Below, piece after piece: positions 29,881-39,443 of a stretch of DNA of 64,000 nt (the stretch's first letter is position 1; every line of letters begins with the position of its first letter). This stretch comes from Candidatus Kaiserbacteria bacterium CG10_big_fil_rev_8_21_14_0_10_45_20. Lineage in GTDB: Bacteria; Patescibacteriota; Minisyncoccia; Phycocordibacterales; Phycocordibacteraceae. Under the pieces are notes generated by a model. The model saw only the letters and a list, made by a program, of their open reading frames with translations. It made no database searches and was not told the origin of the DNA. The stretch spans positions 8,023-72,022 of the forward strand of contig PFBH01000014.1 of assembly GCA_002773335.1 (NCBI GenBank). The letters run 5' to 3'. The translations under genes were made by a program, and so were the position numbers.

Positions 29881-30558
29881 ATGACACACACAGTACACCC
29901 ATACTCACACAGATTAGGAATTCTCCGAGACTGGAAAAGTCGTTGGTTTACCGCTGATCCTAAAAAGTACCGACAGTATGTTCGGGCTGACGCAACCATC
30001 CGAGAGTTTCTTGCAAAGCGCCTCAAAGGGAACTACGTTTCTCATATTGAAATTGAACGATCACAGAAAGACTTGCGTATCTCTGTTCATACTGCTCGCC
30101 CCGGAATGGTTATTGGTCGCTCGGGAGAAAACGCGATAAAGATTAAGTCTGAACTTGCTAACCTGCTAAAGAAGGTGTCTCCGCTTGATACCGCACAACT
30201 TCATTTCGATATTATTGAAATTCGTTCTCCTGAATCAAACGCGGCGGTGGTGGCGGCAATGGTTATTGAAGGTTTGGAGAAACGTTTTCCTTTTAGACGA
30301 GTGATGAAGCAAACCATGGACAAAGTAATGGCGAACCGTGATGTGCAAGGAGTAAAAATAAGCCTCTCGGGTATGCTTGGCGGGGCTTCTATGTCTCGTA
30401 CAGAGTCTCTTAAAAAAGGACGTATTCCGCTTCAGACATTCCGTGCTGACATTGATTACGCTCACCAAGAGGCAAGGTTGCCACTTGGCCAAATTGGTGT
30501 AAAAGTATGGATCTACAAAGGAGACGTTTTTAAGGACGAAACTGGCGCACAGTCATAA
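29881..30558 (+). CDS. rpsC: 30S ribosomal protein S3
   Basis: [38 protein letters not shown]. Confidence 0.97.
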   Translation: MTHTVHPYSHRLGILRDWKSRWFTADPKKYRQYVRADATIREFLAKRLKGNYVSHIEIERSQKDLRISVHTARPGMVIGRSGENAIKIKSELANLLKKVSPLDTAQLHFDIIEIRSPESNAAVVAAMVIEGLEKRFPFRRVMKQTMDKVMANRDVQGVKISLSGMLGGASMSRTESLKKGRIPLQTFRADIDYAHQEARLPLGQIGVKVWIYKGDVFKDETGAQS

Positions 30559-30575
30559 TCAGTAAAAGAATTTTT

Positions 30576-30995
30576 ATGTTATTTCCTAAAAAAGTAAAAT
30601 ACAGAAAGTGGAGCTCGGCTCGCTCAAATCCTGAAAAAAAGACGGTAGCAACACGGGGTACGACTGTTGCGTTTGGATCCCACGGCCTTAAGGCGCTGAC
30701 TCCATACCGCATTACATCAAACCAGATTGAAGCGGCTCGCCGAGTTATCTCTCGTTCAATGGGAAAGACGGGACGTATTTGGATCCGTATCTTTCCTGAT
30801 CGTCCGTTTACCCGTAAGGGGGCAGAGACCCCGATGGGTTCCGGAAAGGGAGAACCACAAGGATTTGTGGTTGAGGTAAAGCCGGGGCGGGTAATGTTTG
30901 AAATTGACGGCGTATCTGACGCTGCTGCGCGTGAAGCGTTTCGTCGTGCCACTGCCAAGCTTCCGGTAAAGACGCTCGTCGTAACAAGAACATAA
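30576..30995 (+). CDS. rplP: 50S ribosomal protein L16
   Basis: QIEAAR, WIRIFPD, MGSGKG, KLPVK. Confidence 0.97.
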   Translation: MLFPKKVKYRKWSSARSNPEKKTVATRGTTVAFGSHGLKALTPYRITSNQIEAARRVISRSMGKTGRIWIRIFPDRPFTRKGAETPMGSGKGEPQGFVVEVKPGRVMFEIDGVSDAAAREAFRRATAKLPVKTLVVTRT

Positions 30996-31005
30996 TAATT
31001 TGCAT

Positions 31006-31191
31006 ATGAAGACTAAGGATGTTAGGAAGAAGAGCGAAGAGGAACTAAAGAAGCAACTGGCAGAGCTTCAGGAAGAGCTTCGCACGATCAGATTTGGGAT
31101 GGCCGGATCTGTGAAGCAGAATGTGCGAAAGCCGTCGCACCTAAAGAGTGACATTGCCAGAATTAAAACCATCCTCGCGGAAAAACAATAA
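31006..31191 (+). CDS. rpmC: 50S ribosomal protein L29
   Basis: Helical protein, IARIKT; operon position. Confidence 0.93.
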   Translation: MKTKDVRKKSEEELKKQLAELQEELRTIRFGMAGSVKQNVRKPSHLKSDIARIKTILAEKQ

Positions 31192-31195
31192 ACGT

Positions 31196-31447
31196 ATGAC
31201 TGATCAAACACCAACAAAAACTTCTAAACCAAAAACGCTTCGCGGGGTGGTTACGTCTGCAAAAATGAAAGACACCGTAACGGTTTCTGTTACGCGGTTT
31301 GTAAAAGACCCAAAGTACAAAAAGTACGCAACTGTTTCGAAGAAGTACCTCGCGCACGATCCCGGAAACACAAAAGCGGAGGGCGACAAGGTAACGATAG
31401 AAGAGTGTCGACCGCTCTCTAAGAGAAAGTCATTTAAAGTTATATGA
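31196..31447 (+). CDS. rpsQ: 30S ribosomal protein S17
   Basis: GVVTSAKMKDTV, PKYKK, AHD, ECRPLSK. Confidence 0.96.
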   Translation: MTDQTPTKTSKPKTLRGVVTSAKMKDTVTVSVTRFVKDPKYKKYATVSKKYLAHDPGNTKAEGDKVTIEECRPLSKRKSFKVI

Positions 31448-31824
31448 TACAACCACAATCAATTGTTACGATAACTGATAACAGCGGAGGAAAGATCGGA
31501 CGCGTCTTTAAGGTGCTTGGTGGATCAAAGCGCCGTTATGCTGAGCTGGGCGACAAAGTTGTTCTTTCGGTACAAATTGCCGAGCCCCGTAAGGGAGTAA
31601 AGAAAAAGGATGTCCTCCACGCAGTTGTAGTGCGCCAAAGAAAGGCATTTCGCAGACAAGACGGTTCGTACATTCGCTTTGATGATAACGCGGTCGTCAT
31701 TCTTGCTAAGAACGAAAAAGATCCGTTTGAGCCAAAAGCAAACCGAGTGTTTGGACCAATCCCCCGAGAAATTGTAGAGCGCGGATATCAAAAAATAGGT
31801 TCATTAGCCCCTGAGGTTGTATAA
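31444..31824 (+). CDS. rplN: 50S ribosomal protein L14
   Basis: DNSG, AVVVR, IRFDDNA, RVFGPI, SLAPEV. Confidence 0.97.
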   Translation: MIQPQSIVTITDNSGGKIGRVFKVLGGSKRRYAELGDKVVLSVQIAEPRKGVKKKDVLHAVVVRQRKAFRRQDGSYIRFDDNAVVILAKNEKDPFEPKANRVFGPIPREIVERGYQKIGSLAPEVV

Positions 31825-31829
31825 TGTAT

Positions 31830-32132
31830 ATGAAAATAAAAAAAGGAGACAAGGTAGTGGTTATTTCAGGAAAAGACAAGGGTAAAGCCGGCGTAGTTTC
31901 TCGCGCGCTTCCGTTAGATCAAAAAGTTATTGTGGGCGGAGTGAATGTCCGTAAAAAGCACAAGAAGCCACAGCGTGGCGTGAAGGGGACTATTATCAGC
32001 ATTGAGATGCCTATCGCTGTTTCAAATGTTATGCTTGTTGATCCAAAAAGCGGTAAGAGGACTCGCGTTGGCATTGTGCGAAAGGACGGGGTACGAACAC
32101 GCGTCACCAAGAAGGGGAATCAAGAAATATAA
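31830..32132 (+). CDS. rplX: 50S ribosomal protein L24
   Basis: KIKKGDKVVVISGKDKGK, PIAVSNVML. Confidence 0.96.
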   Translation: MKIKKGDKVVVISGKDKGKAGVVSRALPLDQKVIVGGVNVRKKHKKPQRGVKGTIISIEMPIAVSNVMLVDPKSGKRTRVGIVRKDGVRTRVTKKGNQEI

Positions 32133-32143
32133 TATAAAAATAT

Positions 32144-32680
32144 ATGAGCATTGTTCAAGAAAGACAAAAAGAAGGATTTAAGACACTCAAAGATACATTT
32201 GGATACTCTAATGTATTTCAGTCGCCACGCTTGATAAAGGTGGTTGTTTCAACAGGTATCGGCAAAATAAAAGACAAGAACAAAATTCAAACCATTCAAG
32301 ACAAACTTGCCCTCATTACGGGTCAAAAGGTTGCACCACGCGGAGCAAAGAAATCTATCGCTTCTTTTAAGGTTCGCGAGGGAGACATTGTGGGGTATCA
32401 GGTAACGCTCCGTGGAAAGAGAATGTACGACTTTCTCGACAAAGTTATTCATATCGCGCTTCCCCGAACTCGGGACTTCAGAGGCCTTAAGCCAACGGCT
32501 ATTGATGAAATGGGCAATATGACACTTGGAATCAAAGAGAATACCATCTTTCCTGAAACGACTGACGAAGACTTGAGAGATGTGTTCGGCATTGCGATTA
32601 CCGTTGTTTCAACGGCAAAAGACAAAAAAGAGGCAGAGGCATTTTACCGGCACCTCGGCTTTCCGCTCCAGAACGATTAA
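32144..32680 (+). CDS. rplE: 50S ribosomal protein L5
   Basis: ITGQK, KKSIASFKVREG, VTLRG, PRTRDFRG. Confidence 0.97.
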   Translation: MSIVQERQKEGFKTLKDTFGYSNVFQSPRLIKVVVSTGIGKIKDKNKIQTIQDKLALITGQKVAPRGAKKSIASFKVREGDIVGYQVTLRGKRMYDFLDKVIHIALPRTRDFRGLKPTAIDEMGNMTLGIKENTIFPETTDEDLRDVFGIAITVVSTAKDKKEAEAFYRHLGFPLQND

Positions 32681-32700
32681 CTCTTATCGTCTCTATTTTT

Positions 32701-32739
32701 AAAAACCCCGCCAATCTATTTTTGATTGGCGGGGTTTTT
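32701..32739 (+). terminator. Intrinsic terminator after rplE
   Basis: AAAAACCCCGCCAATC-TATTTTT-GATTGGCGGGGTTTTT. Confidence 0.8.
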
Positions 32740-32789
32740 GCGACTCTAGCGAGGTTTTATGGTAAGAAGTGGCTTAATAAAAAGCCCTC

Positions 32790-32973
32790 AATCGCCTAAA
32801 ATGCGTAGCGTTTTAGGCGATTAGGCATTAAAAAACCTGCCCTTTTTGCCCTTGTCCCCTTAAAACTCCCCGCATGCGGTGAGTTTTTTAATAATAAAGA
32901 AATAAATACAGAACCGAATTCCTCAACAGAATCTCGTCATTTTAGGTGCGACCGCATCTAAAATGACGAGATT
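32790..32973. repeat. Cluster of three long palindromes in the rplE-rpsN spacer
   Basis: 32790-32822 AATCGCCTAAAATGC-GTA-GCGTTTTAGGCGATT; 32862-32887; 32930-32973 AATCTCGTCATTTTAGGTGCG-AC-CGCATCTAAAATGACGAGATT. Confidence 0.75.
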
Positions 32974-33203
32974 GAGGATAGGTTTCAGTGAGGGCGTGTT
33001 TGAAAATCCACCCGAAAAATTTCAACTGTTTTATTTGTGCTCTGGTCCCTGTGCTTTGTGTTTTATTTGGTTTTTTGGACTTCTGTGTTTTGCGCTTTCT
33101 CTTTCTAAGCACTAATAACTAATTTTCTCATAACTCATACATCGTATTTCATTTCCCCCAGCTAATCCCTAATTCCCTAACAACCTAAAATCCTAGTTTT
33201 TCC

Positions 33204-33232
33204 TTGACTCTCTACCCCTTGGCTGTTACTAT
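33204..33232 (+). promoter_or_regulatory. Sigma70-like promoter for the rpsN-rpsH-...-secY segment
   Basis: TTGACT-17-TACTAT with TG at the extended -10 position. Confidence 0.7.
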
Positions 33233-33237
33233 GCCCC

Positions 33238-33402
33238 CAGCTTTATAAGCGCCTCTTTTTTGCTCTCTATGGGCGGAAGAGCGCTCAAAGGCTGAAAACC
33301 CTCCTGATTCGTCGGGAAAGGTTCACCGAAAGTGAGTAAACCTTCTGGTTGTATGGGGCTTAAGCCTCACTGCTCACGTTTCGCTCGATACATTAATTTA
33401 CA
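33238..33402 (+). promoter_or_regulatory. Candidate structured 5' leader RNA of rpsN
   Basis: Multiple nested stems, including a UUCG-capped hairpin (CCTGA-TTCG-TCGGG) and AAGGTT..AACCTT. Confidence 0.5.
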
Positions 33403-33672
33403 ATGGCAAAAAAATCACAAATTGCACGAAATGCAAAACGCGTTCGCCTTTCGAAACGGTTTGCAGAAAAAAGAGAAACGCTAAAGAAAGCTGGAGACTA
33501 CGAAGGTCTGCAGAAGCTTCCACGTAACGCAAGTCCGGTGCGTATTAAAAACCGTTGCGCAATCACCGGTCGTTCTCGTGGGTATATGCGCCTCTTTGGC
33601 CTTTCACGAATCCAGTTCAGAGAGATGGCAAACCGTGGCGAGATTCCGGGCATTAAAAAAGCATCATGGTAA
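33403..33672 (+). CDS. rpsN: 30S ribosomal protein S14 (89 aa, zinc-ribbon-less type)
   Basis: [39 protein letters not shown]. Confidence 0.96.
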   Translation: MAKKSQIARNAKRVRLSKRFAEKRETLKKAGDYEGLQKLPRNASPVRIKNRCAITGRSRGYMRLFGLSRIQFREMANRGEIPGIKKASW

Positions 33673-34061
33673 CAGATCCAATCGGAGATTTTATAACGCG
33701 TCTTAAAAACGCAGGAGCGGTGCGAAAAGCATCAGTCTCTATTCCGTACTCTAAATTAAAAGAGTCTGTGGCGCTCGCACTTAAAAAGTGTGGGTACGTC
33801 GGTGAGGTTTCAGACACAGGCAAGGGAGTTGAGAAACAGTTGGTGGTAACGCTTTTGTACCACAAAGACGGATCACCTAAAATTACTGATGTAAAACGCA
33901 TTTCAAAGCCGGGCCGTCGTCTGTACGCACAAGTAAAAGACGTTCACCCTGTTCGGTACGGTAAGGGGGTGATGATTCTCTCAACACCGCGAGGAATCCT
34001 TACTGATTCAGAGGCGCGCAAAGTGCGCGCCGGAGGCGAAACCCTCTTTACGATGTGGTAA
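33666..34061 (+). CDS. rpsH: 30S ribosomal protein S8
   Basis: [33 protein letters not shown]. Confidence 0.97.
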   Translation: MVTDPIGDFITRLKNAGAVRKASVSIPYSKLKESVALALKKCGYVGEVSDTGKGVEKQLVVTLLYHKDGSPKITDVKRISKPGRRLYAQVKDVHPVRYGKGVMILSTPRGILTDSEARKVRAGGETLFTMW

Positions 34062-34071
34062 TAAAACGTAT

Positions 34072-34608
34072 ATGTCTAAAATAGGAAAAAACCCAATTGC
34101 TATCCCTGATAAAACCGACGTATCTGTTACTGACGGCGTTCTTTCGGTAAAGGGCCCATTGGGTGTTCTTGAAAAACAGCTTCCGGACGCAGTCACTGTT
34201 TCTGTAGAAAATAAAGAAGTGAAAGTTTCTCCTGCCAACCAATCAAAACTTTCTCGCTCTCTGTGGGGTACGTTTGGATCACACATTAAAAATATGATTG
34301 CCGGCGTAAACAAAAAGTACGAAAAGAAGCTTGAATTACAAGGTGTTGGCTATAAGGTTGAGTTGCAGGGCAAGGTACTCAAGCTCAATGTTGGGTTTTC
34401 ACACCCGGTTATGGTCGCTATCCCTGACGAGCTTGATGTCGCGGTAGAAAAAAACACCATCACCGTTTTGGGGATTAACAAAGACCTCGTCGGTCAATTT
34501 TCTGCTAACGTGCGCGCGGTAAAGAAGCCTGAGCCGTACAAAGGTAAAGGTATTCGTTACGAAGGTGAGTACGTGCGCCAAAAGCAAGGTAAGAAAGCAG
34601 CTGGATAA
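34072..34608 (+). CDS. rplF: 50S ribosomal protein L6
   Basis: MSKIGK, VKGPLG, GVGY, GFSHP, PEPYKGKGIRY. Confidence 0.97.
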   Translation: MSKIGKNPIAIPDKTDVSVTDGVLSVKGPLGVLEKQLPDAVTVSVENKEVKVSPANQSKLSRSLWGTFGSHIKNMIAGVNKKYEKKLELQGVGYKVELQGKVLKLNVGFSHPVMVAIPDELDVAVEKNTITVLGINKDLVGQFSANVRAVKKPEPYKGKGIRYEGEYVRQKQGKKAAG

Positions 34609-34611
34609 TAT

Positions 34612-34968
34612 ATGTCTAAAACTACACCAACAACAAAGAAAGAGTTTCGTAAAAGACGGCACGCTCGTGTGCGGGCACGTGCCATTGGCACTGAAAGCCG
34701 TCCTCGACTCTCAGTGTTCCGTTCTTCAACGCATATTTACGCGCAAGTCATTAATGACGAGCTTGGGGCAACGCTTGCAAACGCAGACTCTCGATCTTTC
34801 GAAAAAAAGAAGCCAATGGACGCAGCTGTTGAAGTGGGCAAGATGATTGCAACAGAGGCAAAAAAGAAAGGTATCGAAAAGGTGGTGTTTGACCGTGGCG
34901 GTTTTGAGTACGCTGGAAGAGTAAAGGCGCTCGCGGACTCTGCGCGCGATAATGGACTTATTTTTTAA
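34612..34968 (+). CDS. rplR: 50S ribosomal protein L18
   Basis: [22 protein letters not shown]. Confidence 0.97.
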   Translation: MSKTTPTTKKEFRKRRHARVRARAIGTESRPRLSVFRSSTHIYAQVINDELGATLANADSRSFEKKKPMDAAVEVGKMIATEAKKKGIEKVVFDRGGFEYAGRVKALADSARDNGLIF

Positions 34969-34978
34969 TTTATAGACT

Positions 34979-35578
34979 ATGACTGACGATCACAAAGAAG
35001 AAAAGAAAGCACCAGAAGGAGAGGGGGTAACTCCAAAGCCTGCTTCTGCAAGACCGCCTGCAAAACGAGGAGGCGGAAGAGACGCGCAATCCGGTGATCG
35101 TCGTCAACGAAGATCAAACAGACGAGGGCGCGAAGAGCGCGCACGTTCTGAGTTTGATCAAAAAATAATCAGCTTGCGACGGGTGGCCCGCGTGGTTGCA
35201 GGAGGACGCCGATTCAGTTTCAGTGCGGCCATTGTTGCCGGAGACAGAAAGGGGCGAGTTGGTATTGGGCTCGGAAAAGGTATTGATACCGCACTCGCTA
35301 TGGATAAAGCATTCCGTGATGCAAAGAAGAATATGATTCGGGTAAACCTTACTGACACAAAAAGCATCCCTCACGACATTGAAACAAAGTACTCGTCTTC
35401 GCACGTCGCAATTCGTCCCGCTCCTACTCGCGGTATTGTTGCTGGGTCTTCAATCCGCACCGTGCTTGAGCTTGCTGGCGTAACCGACGTTACTGCAAAA
35501 ATTCACTCGCGCTCTCGTAACAAATTGAACAACGCGCGTGCGGCGGTTCAGGCGCTTTCACAACTTCACGCAAAGTAA
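34979..35578 (+). CDS. rpsE: 30S ribosomal protein S5
   Basis: RVARVVAGGRRFSF, GIGLGK, VLELAGV. Confidence 0.97.
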   Translation: MTDDHKEEKKAPEGEGVTPKPASARPPAKRGGGRDAQSGDRRQRRSNRRGREERARSEFDQKIISLRRVARVVAGGRRFSFSAAIVAGDRKGRVGIGLGKGIDTALAMDKAFRDAKKNMIRVNLTDTKSIPHDIETKYSSSHVAIRPAPTRGIVAGSSIRTVLELAGVTDVTAKIHSRSRNKLNNARAAVQALSQLHAK

Positions 35579-35584
35579 ACGTAT

Positions 35585-36037
35585 ATGCAAAAACACAACA
35601 TTTTACACTCATCAGGAAAAGCTTCACGTCCGGCTCGTAGAGTGGGTCGCGGAGGAAAACGCGGAAAGACATCAGGCAGAGGTATGAAGGGTGCCGGAGC
35701 TCGCGCGGGCAACAAGGGTCGACCAGAGTTGAGAGACATCATAAAAAAGATTCCAAAACGACGTGGGTACGGTAAAAACCGTGCTCGAACCGTCGTTCCG
35801 GGGCGAGACCGTTCAGTGGTCAACCTCAGTGCATTAGAAAAAGCGTTTAATGCGGGAGAAACAGTAACTCCTAAGGTGCTCATTGGCTTAAAACTTATTC
35901 GTCGTGTTGGTGGAAAAGCTCCTAAAACGAAGATTTTAGGACAGGGAACCCTTACAAAGAAACTCATTCTCTCTGGTCTCGAGGTATCTGAATCGGCTCG
36001 TACGGCAATACAAAACGCCGGAGGAGAGGTACAATAA
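35585..36037 (+). CDS. rplO: 50S ribosomal protein L15
   Basis: RVGRGGKRGKTSGRGMKG, PKRRG, KILGQG. Confidence 0.96.
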   Translation: MQKHNILHSSGKASRPARRVGRGGKRGKTSGRGMKGAGARAGNKGRPELRDIIKKIPKRRGYGKNRARTVVPGRDRSVVNLSALEKAFNAGETVTPKVLIGLKLIRRVGGKAPKTKILGQGTLTKKLILSGLEVSESARTAIQNAGGEVQ

Positions 36038-36046
36038 ACGAGAACT

Positions 36047-37318
36047 ATGGCAGTATTTTTTAAAAAATTAGGACTTGTATTTACCGACGGTAAACTACTG
36101 CGACGCTTAGGGTTTGTCTTTCTCGCACTCTTGGCATTTCGTGTTTTAGCTTCAATCCCCATTCCGGGTGTTGACGCTGTTCAACTTGAACAGTTTTTCT
36201 CGAGCAACCAACTCTTTGGATTTCTCAACATCTTCTCTGGAGGAGGACTCTCAGCGCTCTCTATTGTAATGCTTGGTGTTGGTCCGTACATTACGGCGTC
36301 TATTATCTTGCAGGTGCTCACCATTGTGTTTCCTGCTCTGAAGTCTATGTACCAAGAGGAGGGAGAAATTGGTCGTAAAAAGTTTAACCAGTACGGCAGA
36401 CTCCTTACGGTACCGCTCGCATTTATACAAGGGTTCAGCTTCCTCTTTCTTCTTGAAAGCCAGGGTGTTGTAACATCGCTCTCTGTTTTTGATTTTGCAA
36501 TGAACTTGATCGTTATTGTTTCAGGTTCACTCCTCTTGATGTGGATAGGAGAGCTTATTACCGAGTTTGGTATCGGTAACGGTATTTCGCTCATCATCTT
36601 TGCAGGAATTATCTCTTCATTGCCATCTGTAGTGGCACAGTTGGTGCTATCGTTTGATCCGTCACAGATTCCACTGTACGTATCGTTTGCGGTTGCAGCG
36701 CTCCTTGTTATATACGGCGTGGTATTGATGACTGAGGCAGAGCGACCAGTTCCAGTTACGTACGCAAACCGTTCTCGCGGTGGTAGTAGCCAAAACAGCG
36801 TGGCAACGTACCTCCCGCTTCGACTCAACCAAGCAGGGGTTATTCCGATTATATTTGCACTCTCCATACTGCTCTTCCCGGGACTCATTTTAAACTTTAT
36901 TGCACAGGCAAATATTGCGGTAGTTTCAGGTGTCGCGCAAACACTCCTTACCATCCATGGCGGAGCGATTATCTACGGTATCTTTTACTTCCTCTTAGTG
37001 TTTGCGTTTACCTTTTTCTATACGGCCGTTACCTTTGACCCAAATCAAATGGCAAACAACCTCCAAAAAGGAGGAGCCTTTGTTCCCGGTGTTCGACCAG
37101 GCGGTCAAACATCAGAGTACTTAGGAAGAATTATCACCAGAATTACTTTTGTTGGAGCGATCTTTCTCGGTTCGGTTGCGGTATTGCCACTCATTATGCA
37201 ATCGCTCACCGGCATAACGACACTTGCTATTGGCGGAACAGCTCTCCTTATTGCAGTTTCTGTGATCCTTGATTTGGTGCGAAAAATTGATGCTCAAATC
37301 TCTCTCCGTGAATACTAA
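36047..37318 (+). CDS. secY: Preprotein translocase subunit SecY
   Basis: LGVGPYITASII, GIGNGISLIIF, AGVIPIIFA, PGVRPG, GGTALLI. Confidence 0.97.
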   Translation: MAVFFKKLGLVFTDGKLLRRLGFVFLALLAFRVLASIPIPGVDAVQLEQFFSSNQLFGFLNIFSGGGLSALSIVMLGVGPYITASIILQVLTIVFPALKSMYQEEGEIGRKKFNQYGRLLTVPLAFIQGFSFLFLLESQGVVTSLSVFDFAMNLIVIVSGSLLLMWIGELITEFGIGNGISLIIFAGIISSLPSVVAQLVLSFDPSQIPLYVSFAVAALLVIYGVVLMTEAERPVPVTYANRSRGGSSQNSVATYLPLRLNQAGVIPIIFALSILLFPGLILNFIAQANIAVVSGVAQTLLTIHGGAIIYGIFYFLLVFAFTFFYTAVTFDPNQMANNLQKGGAFVPGVRPGGQTSEYLGRIITRITFVGAIFLGSVAVLPLIMQSLTGITTLAIGGTALLIAVSVILDLVRKIDAQISLREY

Positions 37319-37340
37319 TTTTTTGTTACACTAAAGATAT

Positions 37341-37907
37341 ATGAGGGGACGTTTTGTTATCGTTGTGGGGCCATCAGGCGCTGGTAAGGGGACGTTGGTT
37401 CGGTATGTGCTTGAGGCGGTCCCTGCCATTTCATACGCGCAGTCATTTGTTACGAGAGGTATGCGTCCCGGAGAGGTCAATGGCGAAATGTACCATTTCG
37501 TCTCTCAAGAAGAGTTTGATAAAAAAATACAGCAAGGAGATTTTTTAGAATGGGCGGAATTTGGTGGTAATTATTACGGAACAGCGCTTTCAAGCGTTAT
37601 GCCTGAGCTTGAAAAAGGCAACATCATTCTCAAAGAGGTTGAGGTGCAGGGGGCTCGTCAAATATTAGAAAAAATTCCACGCAAATCACTCTTTATTATA
37701 TTTATACACGCGGGATCTTGGGGTGCTCTTGAAAAGAGAATTAGGGGGAGAGCGCCTATTTCTGAAGAAGAGGTGGCGAAACGGAAGGGTCGATACGACG
37801 ACGAAATGAGTTTTATACAGAAAGCAGACGTTATTATTGAAAACAATGACGGGTCTATAGAGGTTGCAAAAAAGAAGATACAAGAGGCGGTAGAGTCACT
37901 GCTTTGA
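37341..37907 (+). CDS. gmk: Guanylate kinase
   Basis: GPSGAGKGT, TRGMRPGEVNG, YHFVS, FLEWA, YYGT. Confidence 0.93.
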   Translation: MRGRFVIVVGPSGAGKGTLVRYVLEAVPAISYAQSFVTRGMRPGEVNGEMYHFVSQEEFDKKIQQGDFLEWAEFGGNYYGTALSSVMPELEKGNIILKEVEVQGARQILEKIPRKSLFIIFIHAGSWGALEKRIRGRAPISEEEVAKRKGRYDDEMSFIQKADVIIENNDGSIEVAKKKIQEAVESLL

Positions 37908-37940
37908 TTTTCATACCGACTTCGGGTATTGTATTGATAT

Positions 37941-38522
37941 ATGAGTACGCCTAAAAGGCTTTTTTTGTTTGTCGGCAGAACCGCATCTGGTAAAGAAACG
38001 CAAAGCCGAAAACTTGCTGAAAAAATAAACGCACCTGTCTTTATGACAGGAGAGCGGTTTCGTGAAATTATCCGTTCCGGAAGCCCATTAGGAGAGAAAA
38101 TCAAAGACGACTACGAAAAGGGGCTTTTGATGCCATCGTGGGTTGCTGATTATATGTTTCAGGACTTCGTATTTAACTTGCGGTACGATAAGAGCGCCGT
38201 TTTTGAGGGGTCCGGTCGAGACAAAAAGCAAGCAGAAGTAGTCGAGGCGGTTACCGAGTGGCTTGGCAGAGAGTACGTTGTTTTTAACCTAGAGGTTTCT
38301 CCAGAGACAGTTATTGCCCGATCGCTCTCTCGACAGCGCGATGCTACTGACGAAGAAGAGGTGATAAAGACGCGCCTTGCAGAGTACGAACGCCTCACTG
38401 CCCCGGCTATTGAGCATTTTCGATCGCTCGGAAAGCTTGTTGATATTGACGGAGAGAATTCACCCGAAGAGGTTCACAGCGAGGTAATGAAGCACATTTC
38501 AGACGATGATTATTCAAACTGA
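37941..38522 (+). CDS. adk: Nucleoside monophosphate kinase (adenylate kinase family, divergent, LID-less)
   Basis: GRTASGKETQ P-loop, TGERFR, RLAEY; position before map. Confidence 0.78.
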   Translation: MSTPKRLFLFVGRTASGKETQSRKLAEKINAPVFMTGERFREIIRSGSPLGEKIKDDYEKGLLMPSWVADYMFQDFVFNLRYDKSAVFEGSGRDKKQAEVVEAVTEWLGREYVVFNLEVSPETVIARSLSRQRDATDEEEVIKTRLAEYERLTAPAIEHFRSLGKLVDIDGENSPEEVHSEVMKHISDDDYSN

Positions 38523-39276
38523 AGAAGAGAGAGCAATTTTAAGAGAGGGAGGTAAACACCTCGCCTCTATTTTAAAGACGCTCGAGAGTGAACTAAAGCC
38601 CGGTATGAACACGCGAGACATTAACCTCCGTGCCGAAGCGTTGATTGCTCAGTATGGAGACACTCCGGCGCTTAAGGGGTACCACCCACAATTTGCAGAG
38701 CGCGCGTACCCGTCTTCCATATGTGTTTCGGTAAACGATGAGGTGGTGCATGGCATTCCTTCTGAAAATAATATTGTGCTACAAGACGGTGATATTGTCA
38801 GTCTTGACTTGGTCATTATTCACAATGGGTTATTTGTAGACTCTGCCCTGACTGCTCCTGTTGGAGAAATCGACAGCGCCACAAAGCGATTGCTCTCAGC
38901 AACAGAAGAGGCGCTTTTGTTAGGTATACGCCAAGCTCGGACAGGGGCGCGTATGGGCGATATTTCAAGTGCTATTGAAAACAAGGGGTACGAGTGCGGG
39001 TATGGCGTTGTGTATGACTACGGTGGGCACGGTGTCGGGAACGCGGTTCACGAAGAGCCGTCTGTCCCCAACGTAGGCGATCCAGGAAGAGGAATAGTGC
39101 TCCGCGAAGGAATGGTGCTTGCCATAGAGCCAATGTTTAACGAAGGGTCTCCTGAGGTTGTACTGGAGCCTGATGGATACACAATAAAAACCGCTGACGG
39201 AAAAAGAAGCGCGCACTTTGAACACACAATTATTGTTGGAAAGGACGGAGCGGAAATTTTGACACTGCGCGATTAG
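38506..39276 (+). CDS. map: Methionine aminopeptidase type I
   Basis: SVNDEVVHGIP, GHGVG, HEEP, AIEPM, SAHFEHT. Confidence 0.96.
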   Translation: MIIQTEEERAILREGGKHLASILKTLESELKPGMNTRDINLRAEALIAQYGDTPALKGYHPQFAERAYPSSICVSVNDEVVHGIPSENNIVLQDGDIVSLDLVIIHNGLFVDSALTAPVGEIDSATKRLLSATEEALLLGIRQARTGARMGDISSAIENKGYECGYGVVYDYGGHGVGNAVHEEPSVPNVGDPGRGIVLREGMVLAIEPMFNEGSPEVVLEPDGYTIKTADGKRSAHFEHTIIVGKDGAEILTLRD

Positions 39277-39443
39277 CGTTAACTATTAAAGTATTTTTTG
39301 CCCCTTCTTTGAAATACTCTTTGCCTAAATTACGAGGCATTTGATTACACGACAACACCTCTCAGCCTTCAAAACACTAAGCACTAACAGCTAAGTACTA
39401 ATGACTCATTTTCATACCTCGCATACTGTATACTTTAAGAAGT

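Noticed and set aside
33314-33350. Glycine riboswitch resemblance (GGAAAG..CACCGAA..AGTAAA..TTCTGG)
   Set aside because: No P2 stem between GGAAAG and CACCGAA, the consensus CUCUCAGG is not matched, and the rpsN context does not fit.
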